Sequence record: SRR22947725_2265
Reading direction: 5' to 3' (one strand)
DNA length: 64,000 bases
The position numbers were made by a program, and so were the translations under genes. The stretch's first letter is position 1; each line of letters opens with the position of its first letter. Positions 32,804-42,653 of this stretch are shown piece after piece. The notes under the pieces were generated by a model. It saw nothing but the letters and a program-made list of their open reading frames with translations, was not told the origin of the DNA and did no database searches.

Positions 32804-33595
32804 TTGAGTCTGCTCTCAATCCAGTCTGCAAGCTTGGAGTTTGACTCCAAGCGGCTTTGGCACGAGCTCTCCCTGGAAGTTGAAGAGGGGGAGTTCATTG
32901 CGCTGATTGGTCCTAATGGCTCTGGCAAGTCGATGCTCCTGAAGAGCATCGTGGGAACCCAGAAGCTCTCAGGCGGCAAGATCACCTTCCTGGGAGAAGA
33001 GCCGGGCAAGCACAACGCCCAGCTTGGTTACATCCCTCAACACAGAGCAACAGATGCAGGGCTTCCTCTCAGGGTCAGCGACTGCGTGGGCTTTGGCCTG
33101 GACGGTCATTTGCCTGGCTTGCCTTTCTCAACACCTGCGAGGAAGCAGAAGATTGCCCAGGCTTTGGAGCTGGTTGATGCAACCTCGCTGGCCCAGGAAA
33201 CCATGGGTTCGCTTTCAGGGGGAGAGATGCAGCGGGTCAGGGTTGCCCAGGCGATTATTTCTAAACCCAAGCTGCTTTTGGCAGATGAGCCGCTTAGCGC
33301 GCTTGACCTGAACCACCAGATGCGCATTAGCGAACTGATTAACGAACAACGCAAGCAGCTTGGCAGTGCGGTGGTGTTTGTCACGCACGATCTCAACCCC
33401 ATAATCGACTTTGTTGACCGGGTTGTCTACATCGCCCAGGGTCGCCACACCATCGGTACTCCCGATGAGGTAATGCGCTCCGAAGTGCTCTCCGAGCTCT
33501 ATGGGGCAGATATCGACGTGGTGAGGAACCAGGGCCGAGTAGTCGTGCTGGGAGCTCACGATCACGAGCATCACGAGGACGAGAGGTGGCACTAG
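32804..33595 (+). CDS. znuC: Metal ABC transporter ATPase
   Basis: GPNGSGKS, LSGGE.QR, DEP, THD; His-rich tail. Confidence 0.9.
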   Translation: MSLLSIQSASLEFDSKRLWHELSLEVEEGEFIALIGPNGSGKSMLLKSIVGTQKLSGGKITFLGEEPGKHNAQLGYIPQHRATDAGLPLRVSDCVGFGLDGHLPGLPFSTPARKQKIAQALELVDATSLAQETMGSLSGGEMQRVRVAQAIISKPKLLLADEPLSALDLNHQMRISELINEQRKQLGSAVVFVTHDLNPIIDFVDRVVYIAQGRHTIGTPDEVMRSEVLSELYGADIDVVRNQGRVVVLGAHDHEHHEDERWH

Positions 33596-34440
33596 TGGAC
33601 TTCTCGGACATCATCAACTTCTCTGACTACGACAAGCTTCTGCCCCTTGTCACCAACTCTCTGATAGCCGGAGCTCTCCTAGCTTTGATAGGTGGGCTTG
33701 TGGGGGTGTTCGTGATGAACCGGGAGCTGTCCTTTGCCGTTCACGGAATCTCGGAGCTCTCTTTCGCGGGCGCTGCTGTTTTCTTGCTGGTCGGGCTTGA
33801 TGTGGTTTTGGGTTCAGTGATTGGTTCGCTGACCGCTGCTGCGATCATCGCCTTTTTGGGCGATAGGGCCAGAGATAGAAACTCAATAGTGGCGGTCCTG
33901 ATGCCTTTTGGCCTTGGCATCGGGATTCTCGCACTAGCTCTATACCCAGGCAGGGCCGCAAACAAGTTCGGGCTTCTAACTGGCCAGATTGTCGCGGTTG
34001 ATGACCCAAAGCTCGGCGCGATGGTTGTCATCTCAGCCATAGTCCTGGTTTCGCTTGCTGTGATGTGGCGGCCGCTCACCTTCGCCTCTTTGGACGGTGA
34101 GGTGGCGGCAGCAAGGGGAGTAAAGACGAGCCTGCTGGGGATAGTTTTCGTGATGCTGCTAGGGCTTGCGGTTGCTGCGGCGGTGCAGATTGTTGGTGCG
34201 CTGTTGGTTTTGGCTTTACTTGTTACGCCGGCAGCTGCGGCCCTGAGGCTCAGTGCGAGTCAGTTCTGGGTGCCGGTGCTGAGTGTCGGGTTTGCACTTG
34301 TTGCAATGGTTGGGGGAACGCTTTTGGCACTCGGCGGGACGTTACCTATCTCGCCTTACGTGACTACCATTTCCTTCACGATCTATCTAATAGCCCGGCT
34401 AGTAGCTTGGGCTAGGACCAAGGCGGAGGTGGTTAGGTGA
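33586..34440 (+). CDS. znuB: Metal ABC transporter permease
   Basis: FAVHGISE, VGALLV.ALL.TPAAAA. Confidence 0.9.
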   Translation: MALVDFSDIINFSDYDKLLPLVTNSLIAGALLALIGGLVGVFVMNRELSFAVHGISELSFAGAAVFLLVGLDVVLGSVIGSLTAAAIIAFLGDRARDRNSIVAVLMPFGLGIGILALALYPGRAANKFGLLTGQIVAVDDPKLGAMVVISAIVLVSLAVMWRPLTFASLDGEVAAARGVKTSLLGIVFVMLLGLAVAAAVQIVGALLVLALLVTPAAAALRLSASQFWVPVLSVGFALVAMVGGTLLALGGTLPISPYVTTISFTIYLIARLVAWARTKAEVVR

Positions 34441-34820
34441 GCGAACGCAGAAACACCTGGCAAAAAACTGCCGTCCTCGAACAGCTTTCAAACACAGACG
34501 AGTTTGTCTCTGCCCAAGAGCTACACCAAAAGATCTCGCAATCCGGCAAAAAGCTCGGACTTACGACCGTCTATCGGGCGCTGACAGAGATGGTCGAGCA
34601 GGGCATGGCGGATTCGCTGAGCATTTCGGATGGTGAGATGCGCTATCGCATCTGCACACCCGAGCACCACCACCACCTGATCTGCAGGGTGTGCGGCAAG
34701 ACGGTGGAGTTTGATATGCCGGGCTTTGAGGAGCTCGCTCTTGAGGTGGCAAAAGCCAATGGCTTTACCGAACTTTCCCACGAAATCGAACTATTTGGCG
34801 TTTGCAAAGACTGCAGCTAA
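34437..34820 (+). CDS. zur: Fur family regulator, Zur type
   Basis: GLTTVYR, HHHHLIC..CG, terminal CKDC; within the znu operon. Confidence 0.9.
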   Translation: MSERRNTWQKTAVLEQLSNTDEFVSAQELHQKISQSGKKLGLTTVYRALTEMVEQGMADSLSISDGEMRYRICTPEHHHHLICRVCGKTVEFDMPGFEELALEVAKANGFTELSHEIELFGVCKDCS

Positions 34821-34932
34821 TTAGGACTTGCTTTTGGGAGGAGATTCCTCCTAAACTTGGGGGGTTGCACGGGCCTTGGTCCGAACAATCCCAAACTATT
34901 TGCTTCGGGTAAACGCGCCCTTAGGAGGAGAA

Positions 34933-35169
34933 ATGGCAGCCTACTGCCAGGTGACGCAGACTGGACCGCAGTTCGGTCACAAGGTTTCGCACGCTCAGAA
35001 CAAGACCAAGCGTCGTTTTGACCCGAACATCCAGAAGAAGACCTACTTTGTTCCATCGCTTGGACGCAAGGTGACTCTCAACCTTTCAGCTCGCGGCATC
35101 AAGGTAATTGACGTTCGCGGGATTGACTCCGTTATCGCTGAGCTAGTCGCTCGCGGCGAGAAGATCTAG
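34933..35169 (+). CDS. rpmB: 50S ribosomal protein L28 (C- form)
   Basis: MAAYCQVT...P.FGH.VSH...TKRRF.PNIQ; GGAGG RBS. Confidence 0.97.
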   Translation: MAAYCQVTQTGPQFGHKVSHAQNKTKRRFDPNIQKKTYFVPSLGRKVTLNLSARGIKVIDVRGIDSVIAELVARGEKI

Positions 35170-35177
35170 GAAGACAG

Positions 35178-35345
35178 ATGGCCAAGGATAAGGACGTACG
35201 TCCAATCATCAAGCTGAAGTCCACTGCGGGCACCGGCTTCACCTACGTGACCAAGAAGAACCGTCGCAACGACCCAGACCGCATCAGCTTGAAAAAGTAC
35301 GACCCAGTAGTGCGTAAGCACGTTGAATTCCGCGAGGAGCGCTAA
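35178..35345 (+). CDS. rpmG: 50S ribosomal protein L33 (C- form; not in ORF track)
   Basis: Manual translation [55 protein letters not shown]. Confidence 0.97.
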   Translation: MAKDKDVRPIIKLKSTAGTGFTYVTKKNRRNDPDRISLKKYDPVVRKHVEFREER

Positions 35346-35651
35346 ATGGCAAAGAAGAGCAAGATCGCTCGTAATGAGCAGCGCAAGGTTATCGTCGAGC
35401 GCTACGCCGAGAAGCGTGCTCAGTACAAGAAGCAGCTGGTTGACCCTGCTTCAACCGCAGAGCAGAAGGAAGAGGCACGCCTCGGACTTCAGAAGCTTCC
35501 TCGCAATGCAAGCCCGGTTCGCGTTCGTAGCCGTGACCTGATCGATGGCCGTCCACGTGGCGTGCTCTCGAAGTTCGGTGTCAGCCGTGTTCGCTTCCGT
35601 CAGATGGCCCACAAGGGTGAGCTTCCAGGCATCACCAAGTCATCCTGGTAA
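35346..35651 (+). CDS. rpsN: 30S ribosomal protein S14 (long, C- form)
   Basis: MAKKS, LPRNASP.R, GRPRG, GELPG..KSSW; no cysteines. Confidence 0.98.
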   Translation: MAKKSKIARNEQRKVIVERYAEKRAQYKKQLVDPASTAEQKEEARLGLQKLPRNASPVRVRSRDLIDGRPRGVLSKFGVSRVRFRQMAHKGELPGITKSSW

Positions 35652-35666
35652 TTAGGCTTTAGAACT

Positions 35667-35694
35667 ATCCGCCCTAAGGGGCGGATTTTTCTTT
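35667..35694 (+). terminator. Intrinsic terminator after rpsN
   Basis: ATCCGCCC-TAAG-GGGCGGAT followed by TTTTCTTT. Confidence 0.85.
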
Positions 35695-35958
35695 AACCAG
35701 CCCGGGAGTTCGTGGCAGTCTTGCCCGAAATTTAGATAAAGCTACGCTCCGCGACGTGCCCTCCAATTAGAACTTTGATTTTGCTCCTGCACACAAGCTT
35801 CAAATTTGGTCTAATTCAGTTTGCGAGAATGCCCAACTTCCCCGAAAACTCGGGGAAAAACGGCCCGCAACACGCCGAAGGCGGAGGTGCTTGGGCGGTT
35901 AGGGTGGCTATAAGTTGATTAGGACATTAATGTCCCTAACAAGTCCAGGAGGACCATT

Positions 35959-36231
35959 ATGAACAAGAGCGAACTCGTAGCAGCAGTTGCCAAGCACACT
36001 GGCGAGTCGCAGGCCGCCGTTGGCCGCGTTATCGACGCAATGTTTGACACCATTGCAGGCTCAATCAAGAAGGGTGACAAGGTCACCATTCCTGGTTACC
36101 TAAGCGTAGACAAGGGCCACCGTAAGGCTCGCACCGGACGCAACCCACAGACCGGAGCGACCATTCAGATTGCTGCAGCTAACACCGTCAAGGTTTCAGC
36201 TGGAAGCAAGCTAAAGGCTGCTGTTAAGTAA
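35959..36231 (+). CDS. hup: HU family nucleoid protein
   Basis: MNKSEL, R.ARTGRNPQTG. Confidence 0.95.
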   Translation: MNKSELVAAVAKHTGESQAAVGRVIDAMFDTIAGSIKKGDKVTIPGYLSVDKGHRKARTGRNPQTGATIQIAAANTVKVSAGSKLKAAVK

Positions 36232-36245
36232 CAACCTAAATCAAC

Positions 36246-36280
36246 AAGACGGCGTCCCACTGGGGCGCCGTCTTTGCTTT
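36246..36280 (+). terminator. Intrinsic terminator after hup
   Basis: AAGACGGCGTCCC-ACT-GGGGCGCCGTCTT followed by TGCTTT. Confidence 0.85.
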
Positions 36281-36297
36281 GGAATAGGCTTTAGGCC

Positions 36298-36762
36298 ATG
36301 ACTGACAAATCTCGCGGCTGGTTTTATGTGGCACTGCAGTTCGTACTGATCTTCCTTTTGGTGCTTTCTCCCCGCATGGAGAGCCCTTATGGAGGCGCCA
36401 GCGAGATAGTTGGCACGATTGGACTTGTTTTCATAGCCCTAGGGTCGGGACTGTTGCTGTTTTCGTTTCTGGGCCTGGGTAATTCGCTCACCGCACATCC
36501 CGCTCCAAAGGAAAAAGGGCAGCTAGTGACAACTGGGATCTACTCCAGAGTCAGGCACCCTATTTATTTCGCTCTGCTAGTTATGGGTTTTGGAGTTTTG
36601 CTGGATGCGGGCTACTGGCCGCAGGTAATTGCCTACATGCTGCTTTTTGCGCTTCTAAACACCAAGGCAGAGTTTGAAGAGAGCCTGCTTCGCAAGAAAT
36701 ACCCCGCCTATGACAAATATGCCCTCAAGACCCCAAGGCTATTTCCGAGGCTTGGTAGGTGA
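36298..36762 (+). CDS. ICMT/PEMT family membrane methyltransferase
   Basis: LVTTGIY..VRHP.Y, EE..L...Y..Y..Y...TPR.FP. Confidence 0.88.
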   Translation: MTDKSRGWFYVALQFVLIFLLVLSPRMESPYGGASEIVGTIGLVFIALGSGLLLFSFLGLGNSLTAHPAPKEKGQLVTTGIYSRVRHPIYFALLVMGFGVLLDAGYWPQVIAYMLLFALLNTKAEFEESLLRKKYPAYDKYALKTPRLFPRLGR

Positions 36763-38720
36763 AGACAGAGCCTTACCCACTCGCGCTCAGAGGCCTACTT
36801 CTAGCCTCACTCGGCGCAATTGCGGTTCTTGGGCTCGGGCTAGTAATTGGTGGAGCTTTACAGCCGCTTCCGCTTGCTGACCCCGGCCCTGTGGTTAGGT
36901 TTGGGCAACCAGTCACAAAACTAATTCTCAATCTTTCAATGGCCACAGCCGTGGGGTCCTTGGTGCTATCTTCCTTCGCTGCCAATGATTCCGAGCGATC
37001 GCGGCTGCAACCGGTGGCAAGCTGGGCAGCGGCAATCTGGCTCTTTGCGGCTGCGGCAAACTTCGTGTTCACCTATCTCTCGGCATCTGGCTCCGAGGTC
37101 TCCTATGGTTCTCAATTCAGTGAGGGTCTTTGGCTCTTTGCCGCCCAGATTGAGCTGGGCACACTGCTTGGTTTCAATCTCGGCTTTGCATTTCTCCTGA
37201 GCCTCAGCACCATTGCCTTTGGGGGTAGGAGGATGACTGCGGTCAACGCAGCCATCGCAATTGCCGGGCTGTATCCACTTGCCGAGTCGGGTCACGCCTC
37301 TTCTGATGCTGGCCACGCTCTTGCCGTCAACTCGCTGCTTATGCACCTGATTGGTATCAGCGTCTGGGTTGGGGGGCTAATTGCCCTCTACGCGGTCTTT
37401 AGGGCCGGCAGTGAGAGGACCGATGTTCTAGTTAGTAGGTATTCGACGCTCGCTCTGGTTGCGTTCATCGCCGTTGGCGCATCTGGCCTGACCTCCGGGT
37501 TTATAAGGCTCTATAGCCCAGAGGATATCTTCAGCCCCTACGGGCAGCTCTTGATAGGCAAGGCTGTTTTGTTGGTGCTGCTTGGCAGCTTCGGCGCTCG
37601 CTATCGACTTGGTGCTCTCTCTAAGATCTCGGCCACTCCTGCAGGATTTTGGCGGCTTGTTGCAGCGGAGCTTTTCATCATGGGCTCTGCCATCGGTCTT
37701 GGTACCGCGCTTGCTACAACGGCGCTTCCGCAGAATCCAAATGAGTTTGTTCCGCCTACGCCCGCGGAGCTCCTAACGGGCGACCCGTTGCCTCCCGAGT
37801 TGACTCCCAGCGCCTGGGTTACGGTCTGGGACATAGACATTCTTTGGCTGTCGATCGCTCTTGGCGCAATCGCTCTGTATTTGTATGGGGTGATGCGGCT
37901 TAGGGCCAGAGGAGACGGCTGGCCTATAGCCAGGACCCTGTCATGGGTGTCGGGCATGTTGGTGCTGATTTATGTGACCAATGGCGCACCAAATGCCTAC
38001 CAGGAGTTCATGTTCTCCACCCACATGGTTGGCCACATGATCCTCTCGATGATGGTGCCGGTGCTGCTAGTTCCTGGAGCTCCGGTGACCCTGCTCTCTC
38101 GGGCGCAGGCAGCTCGCAAGGACGGCTCTTGGGGACTCAGGGAGTGGGTGCTGTGGGCAGTTCACACCCCTTATGCCTGGTTTATCTCGCATCCTCTTTT
38201 TGCGGGGCTTAATTTCGCACTATCCCTGGTGATGTTCTACTACACCCCGCTGTTTAGATGGTCTACGGAGGAGCACCTGGGGCACCAGTGGATGCTGGTG
38301 CACTTCTTGATTACCGGCTACCTCTTTGTGCAGGCATTGATTGGTGTCGATCCCCAGCCGCATCGCCCCGGCTATCCGCTGAAACTGATACTGCTGATTG
38401 GGACCATGGCCTTCCACGCCTTCTTCGGGCTGAGCCTAATGAACGAGAAGAGCTTGCTGCTGGCCGACTGGTTTGGCTCCATGGGTCGCACCTGGGGCGA
38501 CGACCCCCTCACCGATCAGGCGGTTGGTGGAGCTTTTGCCTGGGGTGTTGGAGAGCTACCAACAATTGTCATTACAACCATTGTGGTTTGGCAGTGGTCA
38601 CGCTCCGACGACAGAGAGCGAAGGCGCCTCGATCGCGCCTCTGACCGAAGTGGCAACAAGGATCTCGAGGACTACAACGCCATGCTTGAGAACCTGAGCA
38701 AAACAAGGGACTCCAGGTGA
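36759..38720 (+). CDS. CopD-CtaG fusion (copper uptake / cytochrome c oxidase assembly)
   Basis: N-half GHAS...H...H......WVGG (CopD-like); C-half HM..HM, HAFFG, DQ..GG...W..GE.P (Caa3 CtaG-like). Confidence 0.85.
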   Translation: MKTEPYPLALRGLLLASLGAIAVLGLGLVIGGALQPLPLADPGPVVRFGQPVTKLILNLSMATAVGSLVLSSFAANDSERSRLQPVASWAAAIWLFAAAANFVFTYLSASGSEVSYGSQFSEGLWLFAAQIELGTLLGFNLGFAFLLSLSTIAFGGRRMTAVNAAIAIAGLYPLAESGHASSDAGHALAVNSLLMHLIGISVWVGGLIALYAVFRAGSERTDVLVSRYSTLALVAFIAVGASGLTSGFIRLYSPEDIFSPYGQLLIGKAVLLVLLGSFGARYRLGALSKISATPAGFWRLVAAELFIMGSAIGLGTALATTALPQNPNEFVPPTPAELLTGDPLPPELTPSAWVTVWDIDILWLSIALGAIALYLYGVMRLRARGDGWPIARTLSWVSGMLVLIYVTNGAPNAYQEFMFSTHMVGHMILSMMVPVLLVPGAPVTLLSRAQAARKDGSWGLREWVLWAVHTPYAWFISHPLFAGLNFALSLVMFYYTPLFRWSTEEHLGHQWMLVHFLITGYLFVQALIGVDPQPHRPGYPLKLILLIGTMAFHAFFGLSLMNEKSLLLADWFGSMGRTWGDDPLTDQAVGGAFAWGVGELPTIVITTIVVWQWSRSDDRERRRLDRASDRSGNKDLEDYNAMLENLSKTRDSR

Positions 38721-40120
38721 TCATTGAGCTGAGCGATGAGCAGCGCGCGCTTTTTGAATACATCGAGCAGTCAGAGTCTCACGTCTTTGTTACCGGTCGG
38801 GCCGGGACGGGAAAATCAACCCTCCTTAGTTTCCTAACCGCAAATAGCGAGAAGAGCTTTGCGGTTTGCGCCCCCACGGGTGTTGCGGCCTTGAATGTGG
38901 CGGGCGTGACCATCCACTCGCTGTTCACGTTTCCCTTTGGCATCCTTGGCGAGGTCGATATTGGCCGGCACCTCTCTCGCAGAACTAGAGAGGTGCTCAG
39001 GGCAATCGACATGCTCGTAATTGACGAGGTGTCGATGGTCTCGGCAGATCTTATGGATGCAATCGATAGAGCCCTTCGGATAGCACGCTCTAAGCGCAAG
39101 CTGCCTTTTGGTGGGGTGCAGGTGGTGATGTTTGGAGACCCGTACCAACTAGCTCCCGTGACTCCGTCTGATCCGGTAGAGCGCTCCTACATGGCCGAAA
39201 ACTATCGCTCGATGTGGTTCTTCGATGCCCATGTTTGGCGCGAGGCAGAGCTCGAGCGCTTTGAGCTCAGCGAGATCTTTAGGCAGTCCGACGAGAGGTT
39301 CAAAGAGATCCTCAACTCGATTAGGGACGGGTCAGTAACGGGCGAAATGCTTGAGGAGCTCAACCAGGCCGGTAATCGTCAGCCGCCCCACGCTGACGTC
39401 ATCAGGCTGGCGACAATCAACGAGACTGTGAATGCGGTGAATCGCCAGCGGATGAACCTAATAAGCACCAAGCCAAAGACCTTTCTAGCAAGCTATTCAG
39501 AGGGGGCGGAGAAAATATTTGGCCGAGCACTGCCCGCCGAGACCCAGCTTGAGCTCAAGGTCGGCGCACAGGTGATGTTTATCAAGAACGACGACACGTC
39601 GATGGCTAAGGGCGCCGATGGGGCTCGGGTTAGAAGGTGGGTGAACGGCACAATTGGGCACGTCATTGACCTACCCGCGTCCGGCCTTGTCGTGGTTGAG
39701 GTTGACGGCGAAGAGATCGAGGTTGGCCCCTCCACCTGGGAGAAGGTCCGCTACGAGGTCGAGGAAGAGTTTGACGAGGCATCGGGACGCATTAGAGAGA
39801 CTCTGGTGCCGATAACCCTCGCTGAGTTCAAGCAGGTTCCGCTTCGTCTTGCCTGGGCGGTGACCATCCACAAGTCGCAGGGTCAGACCTATGACGAGGT
39901 CCAGATCGACATGGGCAGAGGAGCGTTCTCTCCCGGCCAGACCTACGTCGCCCTATCCAGGGTTAGATCCCTCGAGGGTATGTATCTAAATCGTCCAATC
40001 ACCATGCGAGATGTGATGGTGGACAAGGACGTGATTCGCTTTATGTCTGGGGCTATCCCAGCACCTGATCTCGACCAGGAGCCTTTAGCCACCAGTTCAG
40101 AGCAGCTGCCTCCTTTTTAG
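38717..40120 (+). CDS. Pif1/RecD-like SF1B DNA helicase
   Basis: TGRAGTGKS, APTG.AA, IDEVSM, GD.YQL.PV, FRQ, PLRLAWA.TIHKSQG.T, YVALSR. Confidence 0.9.
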   Translation: MIIELSDEQRALFEYIEQSESHVFVTGRAGTGKSTLLSFLTANSEKSFAVCAPTGVAALNVAGVTIHSLFTFPFGILGEVDIGRHLSRRTREVLRAIDMLVIDEVSMVSADLMDAIDRALRIARSKRKLPFGGVQVVMFGDPYQLAPVTPSDPVERSYMAENYRSMWFFDAHVWREAELERFELSEIFRQSDERFKEILNSIRDGSVTGEMLEELNQAGNRQPPHADVIRLATINETVNAVNRQRMNLISTKPKTFLASYSEGAEKIFGRALPAETQLELKVGAQVMFIKNDDTSMAKGADGARVRRWVNGTIGHVIDLPASGLVVVEVDGEEIEVGPSTWEKVRYEVEEEFDEASGRIRETLVPITLAEFKQVPLRLAWAVTIHKSQGQTYDEVQIDMGRGAFSPGQTYVALSRVRSLEGMYLNRPITMRDVMVDKDVIRFMSGAIPAPDLDQEPLATSSEQLPPF

Positions 40121-40194
40121 GCAGAAAATCACCTTTTTATAACAGTCAGTCAAAGGCGCTTGTTTTTGTTAGTTAAGTGTATTTACTAATTCCA

Positions 40195-41292
40195 ATGATC
40201 TCGAAGAAAAAAGAATTGGTCGCTAGCTCAACAGTTCTAGCTGACTTTTTTAGGCAACTGCCTAGCCGCCGATTGGTCCTTCAGGCTATCTATAACGCTG
40301 GAAGTATTTCTAGGGCAGAGATTTCAAGGGAAACGGGGCTAACCAAGGTAACGGTCTCTGATGTTGTGGCTCAGATGATAAGTTTCGATCTTTTGAGTGA
40401 ATCCGCACCAGCCGCCTCCATTGGACCTGGAAAACCTCCGGTCTTGCTGCAGCTGAAGCGTGACCACATTCGAACAATTGCGCTTGACCTATCAATAACA
40501 GACTCAGTTGTAATTGGCTCAGTTGATCTCTATGGGCAACCCTTTTCGATATCAAAGAGGCACTTAAAAGCGAATTCAACAGTTGAGCTCGTGGAGTCCC
40601 TTCGCGAACTTATCCAGGAGGAGATTGATTCAAGCCCCCTAATGGTCTTGGGGATTGGGGTCGGAGTGCCTGGAGTTGTAGACAACGAGGGCACGGTTAT
40701 TGATGGAGCTGCTCTAAAACTTCACAACTTTGATTTGCGCGGCGCTCTAGCCGACCACTTCGACATTGAGGTTCATGTCGCCAATGACGCAAATGTTGCG
40801 GCCCAAGCCGACTCTTTGTTTGGTGGTGCGGAGCAAAGTTCCATGCTGATTCGAATCGCCGACGGTGTCGGTGGTGGGCTGATTCTCGACGGTAAGCCAT
40901 TTTTAGGATCAAGCTTCGCTTCTGGTGAGCTAGGCCACGTTGTCGTTGTAAAGGATGGCGCGGCGTGTGCTTGTGGCAAGAGGGGATGCTTGGAGGCAGA
41001 GATTTCAGCACTCTTGGGAAGCCCAGCGCCAAATTTTGAGCAGATCGGCTATTTATTGGGTGCCGTGCTGGCTCCCATTGTGAGCGTTTTGAATCTCGGC
41101 GAGATAGTTCTCTCCACCCCTAGTGGTATTGGTACTACGCAGTTAGTAGATGCACTGCAGTCCGAGATTCGAAGCTCGACCCTCCCGGAGACTTTTGAGG
41201 GACTGGTCGTGAGGGAAACAAAACTTGGCGGAGACGTGGTGCTGCTGGGAGCGGCAGCCATGGCTCTGTCAGCAGTGTTGGGGGTCGCGTAA
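40195..41292 (+). CDS. ROK family transcriptional regulator (NagC/XylR-like)
   Basis: wHTH SRAEI...TGLTK.TVS, NDAN, GELGH, C.CG..GCLE; start estimated at ATG 40195. Confidence 0.9.
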   Translation: MISKKKELVASSTVLADFFRQLPSRRLVLQAIYNAGSISRAEISRETGLTKVTVSDVVAQMISFDLLSESAPAASIGPGKPPVLLQLKRDHIRTIALDLSITDSVVIGSVDLYGQPFSISKRHLKANSTVELVESLRELIQEEIDSSPLMVLGIGVGVPGVVDNEGTVIDGAALKLHNFDLRGALADHFDIEVHVANDANVAAQADSLFGGAEQSSMLIRIADGVGGGLILDGKPFLGSSFASGELGHVVVVKDGAACACGKRGCLEAEISALLGSPAPNFEQIGYLLGAVLAPIVSVLNLGEIVLSTPSGIGTTQLVDALQSEIRSSTLPETFEGLVVRETKLGGDVVLLGAAAMALSAVLGVA

Positions 41293-41355
41293 GCGCGCCA
41301 CCAACCGCAATTAGCGGTGCAAAGTCTGCACCCTAGAGAATGGAAGGAATAGAGC

Positions 41356-42639
41356 ATGAGAAAAGGTTCGCTGGCTGTAATAGCAGCCTCAGCCTTAGTC
41401 CTGTCTGGGTGTGCAGCTGCAGAGTCCACACCTGAGGCAAGCTCAACCGCTACAAGCGGTGGTGACACCACAGAGGTCATCACTGGCGACATTCGCGTAT
41501 GGGTGAATGGAGGTGACACTCCTCAGGAGGCCAGGGACTATCTAAAGGCAACCTTCGAGGAAATGCACCCAGGTTCAACCCTTACCATCGAGCAGCAGGA
41601 CTGGGGTGGTCTTGTAGAGAAGTTGACCACCACCATGTCCGGAAATGACAGCCCTGATGTTGTCGAGATTGGCAACACCTGGGCTCCTGGATTCACCGCA
41701 GCTCTTGCATTCACCGACCTCACCCCTTACTACGGCGAGCTCGGCGGCGATGACCTGTTGAAGGGATTTGTCGAGGTGGGTAGCTACGATGGCAGCTTCT
41801 ACGCTGCTCCTTACTACTCGGGAGCACGCCTGGTCTTCTACAGCAAGGAAGACTATGCAGCAGCCGGCGTATCGGTACCAACCACCCTTGAGCAATACGT
41901 CTCAAATGCCGAAGCTCTAAGTGCAGCGACAGGCAACTCCGGCGTCTACTTCCCAGGTAAGGATTGGTACAACGCTCTCCCATACATTTGGGAGACTGGC
42001 GGCGACGTAGCCGTTGCTAGCGGAGGTACTTGGGATGCACAGATGTCATCTCCAGCATCTCTTGAAGGCCTAGCGCTGGTGAAGCGGGCCATGGACACCT
42101 CTCTTGCAGCCAAGGACGGCGATGAGGCTGAGTCATGGGTTGCATACTGCACCGGAAAACACAGCATGCTCTCAGCTCCAAGCTGGGCTGGTGGACTGCT
42201 TGTTCCTAGAGAAGATGCTCCATGTGAGCGTTCTGCTGAAGACCTAGGTGTCTTTGCCCTTCCAGGCATTGACGGTGGTGCAGCCCAGGTATTCGCTGGT
42301 GGATCGAACATCGCAATTCCAAAGAACTCAGCGAACCAGGAGCTAGCTCTCTCGGCACTGAAGATCATGCTGAGCCCTGAGTACCAGACCATTATGGGTA
42401 ACGCGGGTCTCGTTCCAGCACTTACCTCCCTTGGTTCAACCCTTGGTGATGGTGAGGTCCCACAGGCAGTTGCTGCTGTTGCAGCGAACGCAAAGCTGAC
42501 GCCAGCATCCCCAAACTGGGCTGACGTTGAAGCTGCCGGCATTCTTCAGGACCTATTTGTGAAGATTGCAACCGGCGATGACATCGCAACCGCAGCTGCT
42601 GCAGCTGACGAGGCGATCGAAGAGCTGCTAAACAGGTAA
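41356..42639 (+). CDS. Sugar ABC transporter substrate-binding lipoprotein (DasA-like)
   Basis: Lipobox LSGC, PDVVEIGNT, F.GGSNIA. Confidence 0.88.
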   Translation: MRKGSLAVIAASALVLSGCAAAESTPEASSTATSGGDTTEVITGDIRVWVNGGDTPQEARDYLKATFEEMHPGSTLTIEQQDWGGLVEKLTTTMSGNDSPDVVEIGNTWAPGFTAALAFTDLTPYYGELGGDDLLKGFVEVGSYDGSFYAAPYYSGARLVFYSKEDYAAAGVSVPTTLEQYVSNAEALSAATGNSGVYFPGKDWYNALPYIWETGGDVAVASGGTWDAQMSSPASLEGLALVKRAMDTSLAAKDGDEAESWVAYCTGKHSMLSAPSWAGGLLVPREDAPCERSAEDLGVFALPGIDGGAAQVFAGGSNIAIPKNSANQELALSALKIMLSPEYQTIMGNAGLVPALTSLGSTLGDGEVPQAVAAVAANAKLTPASPNWADVEAAGILQDLFVKIATGDDIATAAAAADEAIEELLNR

Positions 42640-42653
42640 TAAGGCAGTAATTA

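Noticed and set aside
34820..34932. Zur box upstream of rpmB
   Set aside because: No match to the palindrome seen at znuA
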